Below, one piece after another: positions 36,870-46,397 of a stretch of DNA of 64,000 bases. The notes below the pieces were generated by a model, which did no database searches, was not told where the DNA came from, and saw only the letters and a program-made list of their open reading frames with translations. The translations under genes were made by a program, and so were the position numbers. Position 1 is the first letter of the stretch; each line of letters starts with the position of its first letter. Source of the stretch: Bacilli bacterium (GTDB lineage: Bacteria; Bacillota_I; Bacilli_A; RF39; UBA660). Location of the stretch: the NCBI GenBank assembly GCA_017433415.1, contig JAFRHI010000009.1, forward strand, positions 1,723-65,722. The letters run 5' to 3'.

Positions 36870-39167
36870 ATGCAGAGAATAGTAGTTTGTCCTAATGAAG
36901 AAAAATTAAGAATACTTGCTGATTATGAAAGTGATAAAAATCTTCATAATATTAAATTTATGACTAAAGAAGAATTTATTAGTAATTATTATTTTTCTTA
37001 TGATGAGAATGCTATTTATTATTTAATGAAAAAGTATAATTATAATATTGATGTCTGTAAAGTATATTTGAATAATTTATATATAATTGATTTAGATAGG
37101 GAATATAATAATAGTAAGCTTAACTTTTTAAAATCTTTAAAAAAAGAATTAATAGATAATAAACTATTATATTTTTCACATACTTTTAAAAAGGGTTTAA
37201 TTAATAAAGAAATAGAAGTTAGAAATTATTATGATTTAGATAAATATGAAGAGGAAGCTCTTAATTATAGCTTTTGTATTCCAGAAATTAAATTTGGGCA
37301 TGATGTTTATGAATTTAAAACTATTGAAGAAGAAGTTAATTTTGTTTGTTTAGAAATTATTAAATTAATTAATAAGGGAATTGATATTAATAAGATTTAT
37401 CTTACTAATGTTAGTGAAGATTATTTGTATGTTTTAAAGAAAATATTTTCTTATTATAAAATACCAATTAATATTAATTTTAGAGAAAGTATTTTTTCTA
37501 CTAATATTGTTAAAGATTATTTAGAGAAAGATATTCTTGATTTAGAAGATGAAAGGAAAAAAACTATTAATAGAAAATTAGTTAATGTTCTTAATAGTTT
37601 ATCTTTTCTTGCTAAAGATGATATATATAAAAAGATATTAATTGATAAGTTAAAAAGTACTAGTATTAGTTATAGTAATTTGAATAATGCTGTTAATATT
37701 AAAGATTTCTACAAAGAGAGTTTTAGGGATGATGAATATGTTTTTGTTTTAGGATTTAATCAAGATTTACTTCCTCATGTTTATCAAGATATTAATTATA
37801 TAAGTGATGATATTAAAGATGAGGTAGCATTATATAAGACGGATTATTTAAATAAAAGAGAAAAACAAACTATTATTTATTTACTTAGTAAAATTAAAAA
37901 TTTATCTTTGTCTTATAAACTAAGTACACCATTTAATAAGTATTATAAATCTAGTTTAATTGAGGAATATGATTTTAATATTATTAGTGATTATAAATTT
38001 AATTATAATTATTCTAATATTTATAATAAGATTAAATTAGTAGAGATGCTTGATAAGTATAATTTATATGGTGAAAAAGATAGTGATCTTAATCTTTTAA
38101 ATAGTAATTATACTATTCCTTATTTAACTTATGATAATAGTTTTACGGGTATTGATAATGATTTATATCTTAAGAATTTACCATATCCTTTAAAGCTTTC
38201 TTATACATCACTTAATAGTTATAATGAGTGTAAGTTTAAATACTACTTAAAGTATGTTTTAAAGCTTGATAAGTATGAAGATACTTTCGCAGCTTTTATA
38301 GGATCTCTTTATCATGAAATATTAAGTTTATGGCAGAAATATAATTTTAATTTTGAAGAGGAATATAATAAATATTTAGAAAGAAGAGAACTTAATTTAA
38401 AAGAAAAATTATTGTTAATTAGAATAAAAAGAGAATTATTAAGTTTAATTGAAATCTTAAAAGAACAAAGTAAATATACAAAGTATGATGAAGCTTTATA
38501 TGAAGCTTATGCTGAAGTTGATTTAGAAAAGAGTGTTTCGGTTAAATTCGTTGGTTATATTGATAAGATAATGTATTCTAAAGTAGTAGAAGATACTTAT
38601 TTTTCGATAATTGATTATAAGACAGGTTTGATTGATACACATATTGAACCAATGAAATATGGTCTTCATATGCAGTTACCAGTATATTTATATTTGATTC
38701 ATTATTCAAAACTATTTACTAATCCAATATTTACGGGTATATATTATCAAAATATTTTATTTAATTATCTTAGTTGGAGTTTAAAATTAGATAAAGATTT
38801 AAAAGATAGATATTTACTTAATGGCTATTCTACAGATAATACAGATGTCCTTGAAAAGTTTGATATTACTTATAAGGATAGTAATTTAATTAAAGGTATG
38901 AAATATAGTCCTGATAAAGGATTTGGTACTTATTCTAAGATTATTGATGATAGTACTTTATATAATTTAGTTAAATATACAAAAAAACATATTTCTGATC
39001 GAGTAGATGAGATACTTGAGGGGGATTTTAAAATTAATCCAAAAGTTTATGTTTTAGATAATGTTTCGTGTACATATTGTAAGTTTAATGATATTTGCTT
39101 TATGCGTAAATCACAACTTGAATACTTGGATAAAGTGGATGATTTATCTTTTTTGGGGGGTGAATAG
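36870..39167 (+). CDS. addB: AddB-like PD-(D/E)XK nuclease subunit
   Basis: LSYTSL...CKF, GYIDK, IIDYKTG, QLPVY and C..C.....C Fe-S motifs; upstream of addA. Confidence 0.8.
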   Translation: MQRIVVCPNEEKLRILADYESDKNLHNIKFMTKEEFISNYYFSYDENAIYYLMKKYNYNIDVCKVYLNNLYIIDLDREYNNSKLNFLKSLKKELIDNKLLYFSHTFKKGLINKEIEVRNYYDLDKYEEEALNYSFCIPEIKFGHDVYEFKTIEEEVNFVCLEIIKLINKGIDINKIYLTNVSEDYLYVLKKIFSYYKIPININFRESIFSTNIVKDYLEKDILDLEDERKKTINRKLVNVLNSLSFLAKDDIYKKILIDKLKSTSISYSNLNNAVNIKDFYKESFRDDEYVFVLGFNQDLLPHVYQDINYISDDIKDEVALYKTDYLNKREKQTIIYLLSKIKNLSLSYKLSTPFNKYYKSSLIEEYDFNIISDYKFNYNYSNIYNKIKLVEMLDKYNLYGEKDSDLNLLNSNYTIPYLTYDNSFTGIDNDLYLKNLPYPLKLSYTSLNSYNECKFKYYLKYVLKLDKYEDTFAAFIGSLYHEILSLWQKYNFNFEEEYNKYLERRELNLKEKLLLIRIKRELLSLIEILKEQSKYTKYDEALYEAYAEVDLEKSVSVKFVGYIDKIMYSKVVEDTYFSIIDYKTGLIDTHIEPMKYGLHMQLPVYLYLIHYSKLFTNPIFTGIYYQNILFNYLSWSLKLDKDLKDRYLLNGYSTDNTDVLEKFDITYKDSNLIKGMKYSPDKGFGTYSKIIDDSTLYNLVKYTKKHISDRVDEILEGDFKINPKVYVLDNVSCTYCKFNDICFMRKSQLEYLDKVDDLSFLGGE

Positions 39168-39169
39168 TA

Positions 39170-42100
39170 ATGGCTTGGACAGATGAACAGCAACAAGCAA
39201 TTGATACTGAAGGTAGAAGTATTATTGTTTCAGCGGGTGCAGGTAGTGGTAAGACAGCTGTTTTAACGGCTAGAGTACAAAGAAAACTACTTAGTGGTAT
39301 TCATATTAATGAGTTACTTGTTTTAACCTTTACTAATGCAGCGGCCGCAGAGATGAAAAATAGAATTAGAAAGACAATTAATAATACTTTAGAATTAAAT
39401 CATGAAAAAGATTTAATAGATTCAGCATATATTATGACTTTTGATGCCTTTTCTTTGGCTCTTGTTAAGAAATATCATACTAAACTAAATATATCTAATA
39501 ATATTAAGATTACTGATGAAGTAGTAATTGATCTTAAGAAGAGGGAAATGTTAGATAGTATATTTAATAATAATTATCTTTCTCCTAAAAAAGATTTTAT
39601 GAAATTAATTAATGACTTCGCACTTAAAGATGATGAAGAGTTAAAAGAATATATTTTAAAAGCATATAAAAATATAGAATTAAAATATGATAAAACAGAG
39701 TTTTTAAATAGTTATTTTGATAATTTTTTTACAGATAAAGAAATTAATAAAGTAGTAGATGAATTTATAAAATTATTGAGTGAGAAACAAAATACTATTA
39801 TTAGATTAATAGCTGAATTAAATGATTATTTTGATAGTGATTTTGTGAGTAAAATAGAAAATAATTTTAAGAATTTAGTTAATGCTCGGACTTATGAAGA
39901 GTTTAAGTTAGCTTGTTGCTATAGTAGTATTACTTTACCTAGAAATAGTGCTGGTCAAGGTAAGATAATAAAACAAGAAATATTTTCAGTTGCGAAAGAA
40001 ATTAAGGATTTATGTATTTATTCTTCAGTTAATGAAATAAAAGAAGAAATACTAAATACTTATAGTAATACTAAAGTAATAGTTGATATTTTAAAAGAGT
40101 TTGATTTATTACTTGAAGAATACAAAAGAGAAGAAGAAATATATAATTTTACAGATATTTCTAGAATGGCAATTAAGGTAGTAAAAGATAATCCTGATAT
40201 TAGAGAGGAATTAACTAATAGTTTTAATGAAATATTAGTAGATGAATATCAAGATACATCTGATATTCAAGAGATGTTTATATCACTTATTTCTAAGGAT
40301 AATGTTTACATGGTGGGAGATGTTAAACAGTCAATTTATCGTTTTAGAAATGCTAATCCATATATATTTAAAGCTAAATATGATGATTTTAGAGATAATC
40401 TTAAAGGAATAAAAATAGATTTATTAAAGAATTTTAGATCAAGAGGAGAAGTTCTTAATAGTATTAATTTATTATTTGAATTATTTATGGATGATAAATA
40501 TGGGGGAGCAGATTATAAAGTTAGTCATAAAATGGTTTTTGGTAATAATTCATATATTAATGAAGGTAAAACTACGCAAGATTATAATTTAGATGTTATA
40601 GTTTATGATAAAGAAATATTAGGTAATATTACTAAAGATGAAGAAGAAGCTTTTATTATTGGTAATGATATAAAGAATAAAATTACTAATAAATATCAAA
40701 TATTTGATAAAGATGAATTAATACTTAGAGATGCTCAATATAGAGATTTTGTAATTTTATTAGATAAGAGTAAAAGTTTTGATTTATATAAAAAAGTGTT
40801 TGAATACTTGGATCTTCCTCTTACTATTTTAAAAGAAGAGTCTTTAAGAAAAGATGAAGATGTATTAGTAATTAGAAATTTAATTAGATTACTTATTTGT
40901 ATAAAAGAAAAAAAATATGATGTAGATTTTAAATATAGTTATACATCTATTGCGAGAAGTTTTTTATATAGACTTAGTGATAGTGAAATATATGAGTGCT
41001 TTGTTCATGATAAGTTCCTAGATAGTGATTTATATAAGAAGTGTTTAAAATTAACTGAAATGATGGATATTATGCCTTTAGCAAGTTATTTAGATTATGT
41101 ATTAGATGAATTTTCATATGAAGAAAAATTATTTACTATTGGTGGAATTAAAACTTATAGTGTAAGACGTGAATATCTTTATAATTTATGTCTAGATTAT
41201 CAAGCTCTTGGTAAAACGATATATGATTTTTCGATATATTTAGATCAGATATTTGATAATGATTATGATTTGAAATTTAATGTTAATACAAGTTCTAATA
41301 ATAGTTGTCAGATAATGACTATTCATAAATCTAAAGGATTAGAATTTCCTATTTGTTATTTTGCGGGATTTTCTTCAAAATTTAATATGAGTGAACTAAA
41401 AGAAAGAATTATTTTTGATAATCAGTATGGTTTAATTTTACCTATGGTTAATGATTATTATAAAGATACTATTCTAAAAACACTTTTAAAAGCACGTGTT
41501 AAAAGAGAAGAAATATCAGAAAAAATTAGACTTTTATATGTAGCATTAACTAGAGCAAAAGAGAAAATGATTATTGTTATGCCGAAATGTGAGGAAGAAG
41601 TTGAGGCTTTATCTTTAGTACCTGATTATGCAAGGGATAAGTATAATTCATTCTTAGGAATTATGAAAAGTATTTATTCAGCTCTTCTTCCATATATTAG
41701 AGAAACTGATATTTTAGCGACTAAAGATTATTTAAAAGTTATTTCTAAAGATGATATTAGTAGTAGTAATACTGATAAATTAAATGTTGAAGAATTAAAT
41801 ATTGAAACAGGAGAAATTACTGATAAGCATTATTCTAAAGATAGTCTTCATCTAGCAAATGTAGAAGAGATTAATGTGATGAAATTTGGTACAGATGTTC
41901 ATGCGATTTTAGAAGAGATTGATTTTAATAATTATGATTTAGATGACTATGATATTAGTGATAGTGTTAAAGATAAGATAAATAATTTTGTTAAAAGTGA
42001 CTTTATGAAGGATAAATTAAATTATCAGATGTATAAGGAATATGAGTTTGTTTATAATGAAGATAATACTATATCCCATGGAATAATTGATTTATTAATT

Positions 42101-42277
42101 GATTGTGAATCTTACTATACAATTATTGATTATAAATTAAAAAATATTGATGATGAGAATTATGATAAGCAACTTAATGGTTATAGAAAGTATATTAAGA
42201 ATAAAACCGGTAAGGATACTAAATGTTATTTATATTCTATTATTGATGGTAATGTTAGAGAGGTTTTAGATGTATAG
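39170..42277 (+). CDS. addA: AddA helicase-nuclease
   Basis: AGAGSGKT, DEYQD, GDVKQSIYRFR, TIHKSKGLEF, YVALTRA and C-terminal IIDYK motifs. Confidence 0.92.
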   Translation: MAWTDEQQQAIDTEGRSIIVSAGAGSGKTAVLTARVQRKLLSGIHINELLVLTFTNAAAAEMKNRIRKTINNTLELNHEKDLIDSAYIMTFDAFSLALVKKYHTKLNISNNIKITDEVVIDLKKREMLDSIFNNNYLSPKKDFMKLINDFALKDDEELKEYILKAYKNIELKYDKTEFLNSYFDNFFTDKEINKVVDEFIKLLSEKQNTIIRLIAELNDYFDSDFVSKIENNFKNLVNARTYEEFKLACCYSSITLPRNSAGQGKIIKQEIFSVAKEIKDLCIYSSVNEIKEEILNTYSNTKVIVDILKEFDLLLEEYKREEEIYNFTDISRMAIKVVKDNPDIREELTNSFNEILVDEYQDTSDIQEMFISLISKDNVYMVGDVKQSIYRFRNANPYIFKAKYDDFRDNLKGIKIDLLKNFRSRGEVLNSINLLFELFMDDKYGGADYKVSHKMVFGNNSYINEGKTTQDYNLDVIVYDKEILGNITKDEEEAFIIGNDIKNKITNKYQIFDKDELILRDAQYRDFVILLDKSKSFDLYKKVFEYLDLPLTILKEESLRKDEDVLVIRNLIRLLICIKEKKYDVDFKYSYTSIARSFLYRLSDSEIYECFVHDKFLDSDLYKKCLKLTEMMDIMPLASYLDYVLDEFSYEEKLFTIGGIKTYSVRREYLYNLCLDYQALGKTIYDFSIYLDQIFDNDYDLKFNVNTSSNNSCQIMTIHKSKGLEFPICYFAGFSSKFNMSELKERIIFDNQYGLILPMVNDYYKDTILKTLLKARVKREEISEKIRLLYVALTRAKEKMIIVMPKCEEEVEALSLVPDYARDKYNSFLGIMKSIYSALLPYIRETDILATKDYLKVISKDDISSSNTDKLNVEELNIETGEITDKHYSKDSLHLANVEEINVMKFGTDVHAILEEIDFNNYDLDDYDISDSVKDKINNFVKSDFMKDKLNYQMYKEYEFVYNEDNTISHGIIDLLIDCESYYTIIDYKLKNIDDENYDKQLNGYRKYIKNKTGKDTKCYLYSIIDGNVREVLDV

Positions 42278-42710
42278 GATATGTTTTATTTGTCATGGGA
42301 ATATCTGTCGTAGTCCAATGGCAGAGTTTATGTTAAAAGATAAAGTAAAAAAACTAGGCAAGAGTGATGAATTTATAATTGATTCTATGGCAGTTAGCAG
42401 GGAAGAAATTGGTAATGATATCTATCCTCCTGCTAAAGATAAGTTAAAAGAAAAAGGAATAGATTTTAGTAAGAGAAGGGCAAGACAAATTACTAGTAAT
42501 GATTATCAAAATTATGATTATATTATTTGTATGGATAAAAGTAATTTAAGATATCTTAGTTATTTAATTGATGATTATGATCATAAAGTTAGTATGCTTC
42601 TAGATAGAGATATAGCTGATCCTTGGTATACTGGGGATTTTGAAGCTACATATAAAGATTTGGATGAGGGTTTAGATGATTTTTTGCAGGAGTTGATATT
42701 TAATGGATAA
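42270..42710 (+). CDS. Low-molecular-weight protein tyrosine phosphatase
   Basis: CHGNICRS and DPWY motifs. Confidence 0.95.
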   Translation: MYRICFICHGNICRSPMAEFMLKDKVKKLGKSDEFIIDSMAVSREEIGNDIYPPAKDKLKEKGIDFSKRRARQITSNDYQNYDYIICMDKSNLRYLSYLIDDYDHKVSMLLDRDIADPWYTGDFEATYKDLDEGLDDFLQELIFNG

Positions 42711-44202
42711 ATATTCTAATTTAGAGATAAGTAAAAATTTAAGAAAATATATGACTGCATTAATGGCAAGAGCAGATATTACAAGTAGATGTTTTGGTAA
42801 AGAAATGTTGGATTTTAATAGGTATTTATATGAACCAGAAACAAAAATACCGGAAAATTATACAATATCATCTATTAATTTCCCAGCATTATATTATAGA
42901 GTAAATATGATGCCATTTGATCATGGAACTGATTTTTTTGAAGCTTATAACATTAATGTATTATATGTATTTCTAAAACAATTTTGTCTGCTTTATGATG
43001 AGCATATAGCATATATTAATATTGGAAATAGAATTGTTATGGAAGATAGTTGTTTTGATAATCCAAATGATGCAAAATATTTTTCACAGGATAAAAGATT
43101 GTTATATTTAAGAAATTGTTTAGCTCATTATGGTGGAAATAATAGTAATTCTTGTTATTTAGATAAAAATCTAAATTTACATATTAAAAATGATATGACT
43201 TCTAGTGATGTACCACCATTTGAGATAACATTGGATGAAGAAAAGATAAATCATATTTTAACAGAATTAACGTTCGTTAATTATTTTGATTTTGTATATT
43301 TCCCTTTTTTATTAAATGACTATACTGATATTAATGATGATATAAATAATTTTGATATTGTTAGACTTTTTTCTAAAAGTAAAAGTATTGATAAGTTTTC
43401 AAAGTATTTTGGTAAGCGTGATTTATATAGTATAAATAAAAATCCTTTTGATTTTTCTTTGAAAAGCTTAAGTGACAAAAGTGGATTTGAAGAAGATCCT
43501 GATTTATATTTTCATGATTATACAGCAAATATAAGAAGAGATGATTTAAAAAAACAATATACATATTTAATTAATTTTTGTAGATTAGATGAAGAAGAGA
43601 GTAAGAGATCAGTTTTAGTGGCGGCCATGACAGGATCAATGCCAATAGCTTTTTTTACATGGAAGAGATATTTATCTTATAATCACCTAATCGCTAATGG
43701 ACTTTGTACGCGTTATGATCTAAGTCTTAGAGATTTATCAATTGAATTACATAATAATGTTTTAGAAGAATTTAAAAAAACTGATGAAAAAAATGATGTT
43801 GATAATAGTCTTATAATTGTTGATAATAGTCTTATAATTATGGAAAGAATGCTTGGGGTTTCCGATGCAAGAGGACATGCTATGATAGCTATAACAAATT
43901 ATATTGATAGTGTTATAAAGTTAGATTATGATGGTTTACTTGATATAGATGAAGAAGATTTATTAAAGCTTTTTAGAGATGCAATTACACATGGTACATG
44001 GTCAATTGTTGGCGATGATAAAATAAGGCTATGCACTTGGCAACCAAAATCTAAAAAAATAGATATAGAACAAGAATTACCAAACGATATGAAAGATGAA
44101 ACTGTTTCTATAATTGATTTGTTAAAAATTGCTGATAGAATTCTTGAGTATAATGAGAAAAAAGAAATAGAAAAAGAAGAAAGTTCTGGAAAAAGACAAT
44201 AG
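42703..44202 (+). CDS. Hypothetical protein with two HEPN-like RxxxxH motifs
   Basis: RNCLAH and RDAITH(G). Confidence 0.55.
   Translation: MDKYSNLEISKNLRKYMTALMARADITSRCFGKEMLDFNRYLYEPETKIPENYTISSINFPALYYRVNMMPFDHGTDFFEAYNINVLYVFLKQFCLLYDEHIAYINIGNRIVMEDSCFDNPNDAKYFSQDKRLLYLRNCLAHYGGNNSNSCYLDKNLNLHIKNDMTSSDVPPFEITLDEEKINHILTELTFVNYFDFVYFPFLLNDYTDINDDINNFDIVRLFSKSKSIDKFSKYFGKRDLYSINKNPFDFSLKSLSDKSGFEEDPDLYFHDYTANIRRDDLKKQYTYLINFCRLDEEESKRSVLVAAMTGSMPIAFFTWKRYLSYNHLIANGLCTRYDLSLRDLSIELHNNVLEEFKKTDEKNDVDNSLIIVDNSLIIMERMLGVSDARGHAMIAITNYIDSVIKLDYDGLLDIDEEDLLKLFRDAITHGTWSIVGDDKIRLCTWQPKSKKIDIEQELPNDMKDETVSIIDLLKIADRILEYNEKKEIEKEESSGKRQ
43798..43839 (+). repeat. Perfect 21-bp in-frame tandem duplication (VDNSLII x2)
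   Basis: GTTGATAATAGTCTTATAATT twice. Confidence 0.95.
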
Positions 44203-44327
44203 CTCATTTTTTATGAGCTGTTTTTAATTTAATAAATTTATTGATAGAAATTTGAATTTATTTATATTGATTATAATGAAAGTTATGTTATAATCTTAGT
44301 AAGAATAATTAATAATTGGAGGTAGTT

Positions 44328-44609
44328 ATGAATATTTATAAAATGAAATATAAGGAATATGATGAGGCAAGAAAAGAGTTTCTTAGAATACCATTTGGGG
44401 TAGGAGTTACTGTCTTTTCATTATTACCTGCTGTTTTTGCATTTGTATTATTGTTATTTTCTATTGTCGATTTTGCTGTCGAAGAAAATGAAGTTGCTGG
44501 TGTTGTAGCTATGGTTGGAGCAGGTTGTTCTTTTGCTTGTTTCTGTATTACACAATTACTATATTCTATGTTATTAAAGGATTTTGTTAATTCTAAAGAA
44601 AAAAAATAG
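44328..44609 (+). CDS. Small two-TM membrane protein
   Basis: GGAGG RBS, TG-TATAAT promoter, two hydrophobic helices. Confidence 0.7.
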   Translation: MNIYKMKYKEYDEARKEFLRIPFGVGVTVFSLLPAVFAFVLLLFSIVDFAVEENEVAGVVAMVGAGCSFACFCITQLLYSMLLKDFVNSKEKK

Positions 44610-44630
44610 TTCAATTTATTGAACTATTTT
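44601..44630. terminator. Bidirectional terminator
   Basis: AAAAATAGTTCAA/TTGAACTATTTTT hairpin between convergent genes. Confidence 0.75.
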
Positions 44631-45334
44631 TATTTTTCAGAAACTAGTGTTCCGATATTTTCGTTTTCTAAAACATTTTTTAGATTGCCTTTTTCTAAGA
44701 TATTAAAGACTAGTATTGGGATATTTTCTTCCATACATAAGCTTATGGCAGTAGAGTCCATAACATTTAACTTTTTATTTAAGACATCAATATAAGTTAT
44801 TTCTTGATATTTTTTAGCATCATCATATTTTTTAGGATCTTTATCATAAACACCATCTACTTTAGTTGCTTTTACTAGGATATCGGCATTTATCTCAGCG
44901 GCTCTTAGGCTTGAGGCAGTATCAGTTGAGAAGAAAGGAGAACCTGTTCCACAACCAAATATTACTACTCGTCCTTTTTCTAGGTGACGAATAGCTCTGT
45001 CTTTGATATAAAATTCAGCAATTTGACGCATTTCAACTCCAGTTTGTACTCTTACTGGAACACCAAGTTGTTTAAAAGCATCTCCTAGAGCTAAGGCATT
45101 CATAGTAGTTGCGAGCATGCCGATATAATCACTTGTTGCCCGATCCATATATTCATTACTTTTTCCACGCCAGAAGTTACCTCCACCAACAACAATTGCT
45201 ATTTCATAGCCAATATTTGCACATTCTTTTATTTCATTAGCTAATTCAAGTACTCGATCAAAATCAATTCCACTTTTTTCTTTTCCAGCTAAAACTTCAC
45301 CGCTAAGTTTTAATACTATTCTTTTATACTTCAA
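44630..45334 (-). CDS. pyrH: Uridylate kinase
   Basis: [19 protein letters not shown] and DGVYDKDP motifs; TTG start after AAAGGAG. Confidence 0.97.
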   Translation of the reverse strand: MKYKRIVLKLSGEVLAGKEKSGIDFDRVLELANEIKECANIGYEIAIVVGGGNFWRGKSNEYMDRATSDYIGMLATTMNALALGDAFKQLGVPVRVQTGVEMRQIAEFYIKDRAIRHLEKGRVVIFGCGTGSPFFSTDTASSLRAAEINADILVKATKVDGVYDKDPKKYDDAKKYQEITYIDVLNKKLNVMDSTAISLCMEENIPILVFNILEKGNLKNVLENENIGTLVSEK

Positions 45335-45425
45335 AATAACATCTCCTTTAGAATAGTTTATCATGAAATGATTGCAAAAAAAAGGAAAATGTGGTATAAT
45401 ATAGGCGCTTTAAGGGGGTAGGCAT

Positions 45426-46397
45426 ATGTTGTTTGAAGAAATTGATATAACAGACATTAGTGATAAAGATTTATTAGGAGTAATTGAAACTAATGCTAGA
45501 AAGGCAGCTGCAACACGAGGACAAATAGAAAGACTTAAGGAACAAGCAAAACAATCTAGATTTTTTGAAGAAGAATCATTATCTACTTGTGATGAGGAGT
45601 ATATTGTAGATGAGATTGTTGATGAAGATGATTCATTTGAGGATGAAGTTGCTTTTTATTTAAACTTAATGCTTGATTTAGGAGAAGATTTTACAGAAGA
45701 AGAATTATTAGAAATTTTGCCTCCTAAAAACAATTATAATTATGAAAATATCATTAAGCGATTAATTGTAGAGGCTTTAAAAGAAATAAAAGAATATACC
45801 GAATTATCATTAACTGATGAAACATTAGAAGAAGATGATTTAATAGAGTGTAAAAGATTAATTCAGGTGGCAAGAAAAAAGATTAGCAATTTAGAGAAAA
45901 TTTTAAATACTAAAGAAGAAATTGTAGAAGAGGTACATAGAAATAAAATAGTTCTTGTTCCGACAAGTTATGGAAATATTCGAATTACTAATGAATTAGA
46001 ACATATTCCACAAGAATACTATCCAGGTTTCTTAGAGCTTATTAACTCAATAATTGATGGCTCTTTTAAAAATGTTAAACCGCTTACGAGAGATGGGTTT
46101 AATGGAATATATGAAGTTAAAGATTTTAAAATACGTGTTTTATTTGCTAGACTTACTCATGACACATACGCACTTATTTCGGCTTTTGTGAAAAAGTTTG
46201 ATACTGATAAGTTTTATTCTGAGAGTCTTGATAATAAATATGCAGAGTATAAAAAAATGAAAAGTAAACTACTTAAAAATCTTAATAATCCAGACTTTAT
46301 TACACAAAACGAAGAAAATGTTATTGAGCTTTTTAGAGTTTTAGGTGTTACTGAAGATAAGGCAAAGAAATTTATAAAGGGTGGTAAAAATGACTAG
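45426..46397 (+). CDS. Acidic helical protein with a C-terminal RelE/HigB(Gp49)-like domain
   Basis: PTSYGN...VKPL...GIYEVKDFKIRVLF...LISAFVKK. Confidence 0.55.
   Translation: MLFEEIDITDISDKDLLGVIETNARKAAATRGQIERLKEQAKQSRFFEEESLSTCDEEYIVDEIVDEDDSFEDEVAFYLNLMLDLGEDFTEEELLEILPPKNNYNYENIIKRLIVEALKEIKEYTELSLTDETLEEDDLIECKRLIQVARKKISNLEKILNTKEEIVEEVHRNKIVLVPTSYGNIRITNELEHIPQEYYPGFLELINSIIDGSFKNVKPLTRDGFNGIYEVKDFKIRVLFARLTHDTYALISAFVKKFDTDKFYSESLDNKYAEYKKMKSKLLKNLNNPDFITQNEENVIELFRVLGVTEDKAKKFIKGGKND

Noticed and set aside
42703-44202. Cas13-like CRISPR effector
   Set aside because: Much shorter than Cas13, and no repeat-spacer array or cas1/cas2 in the window
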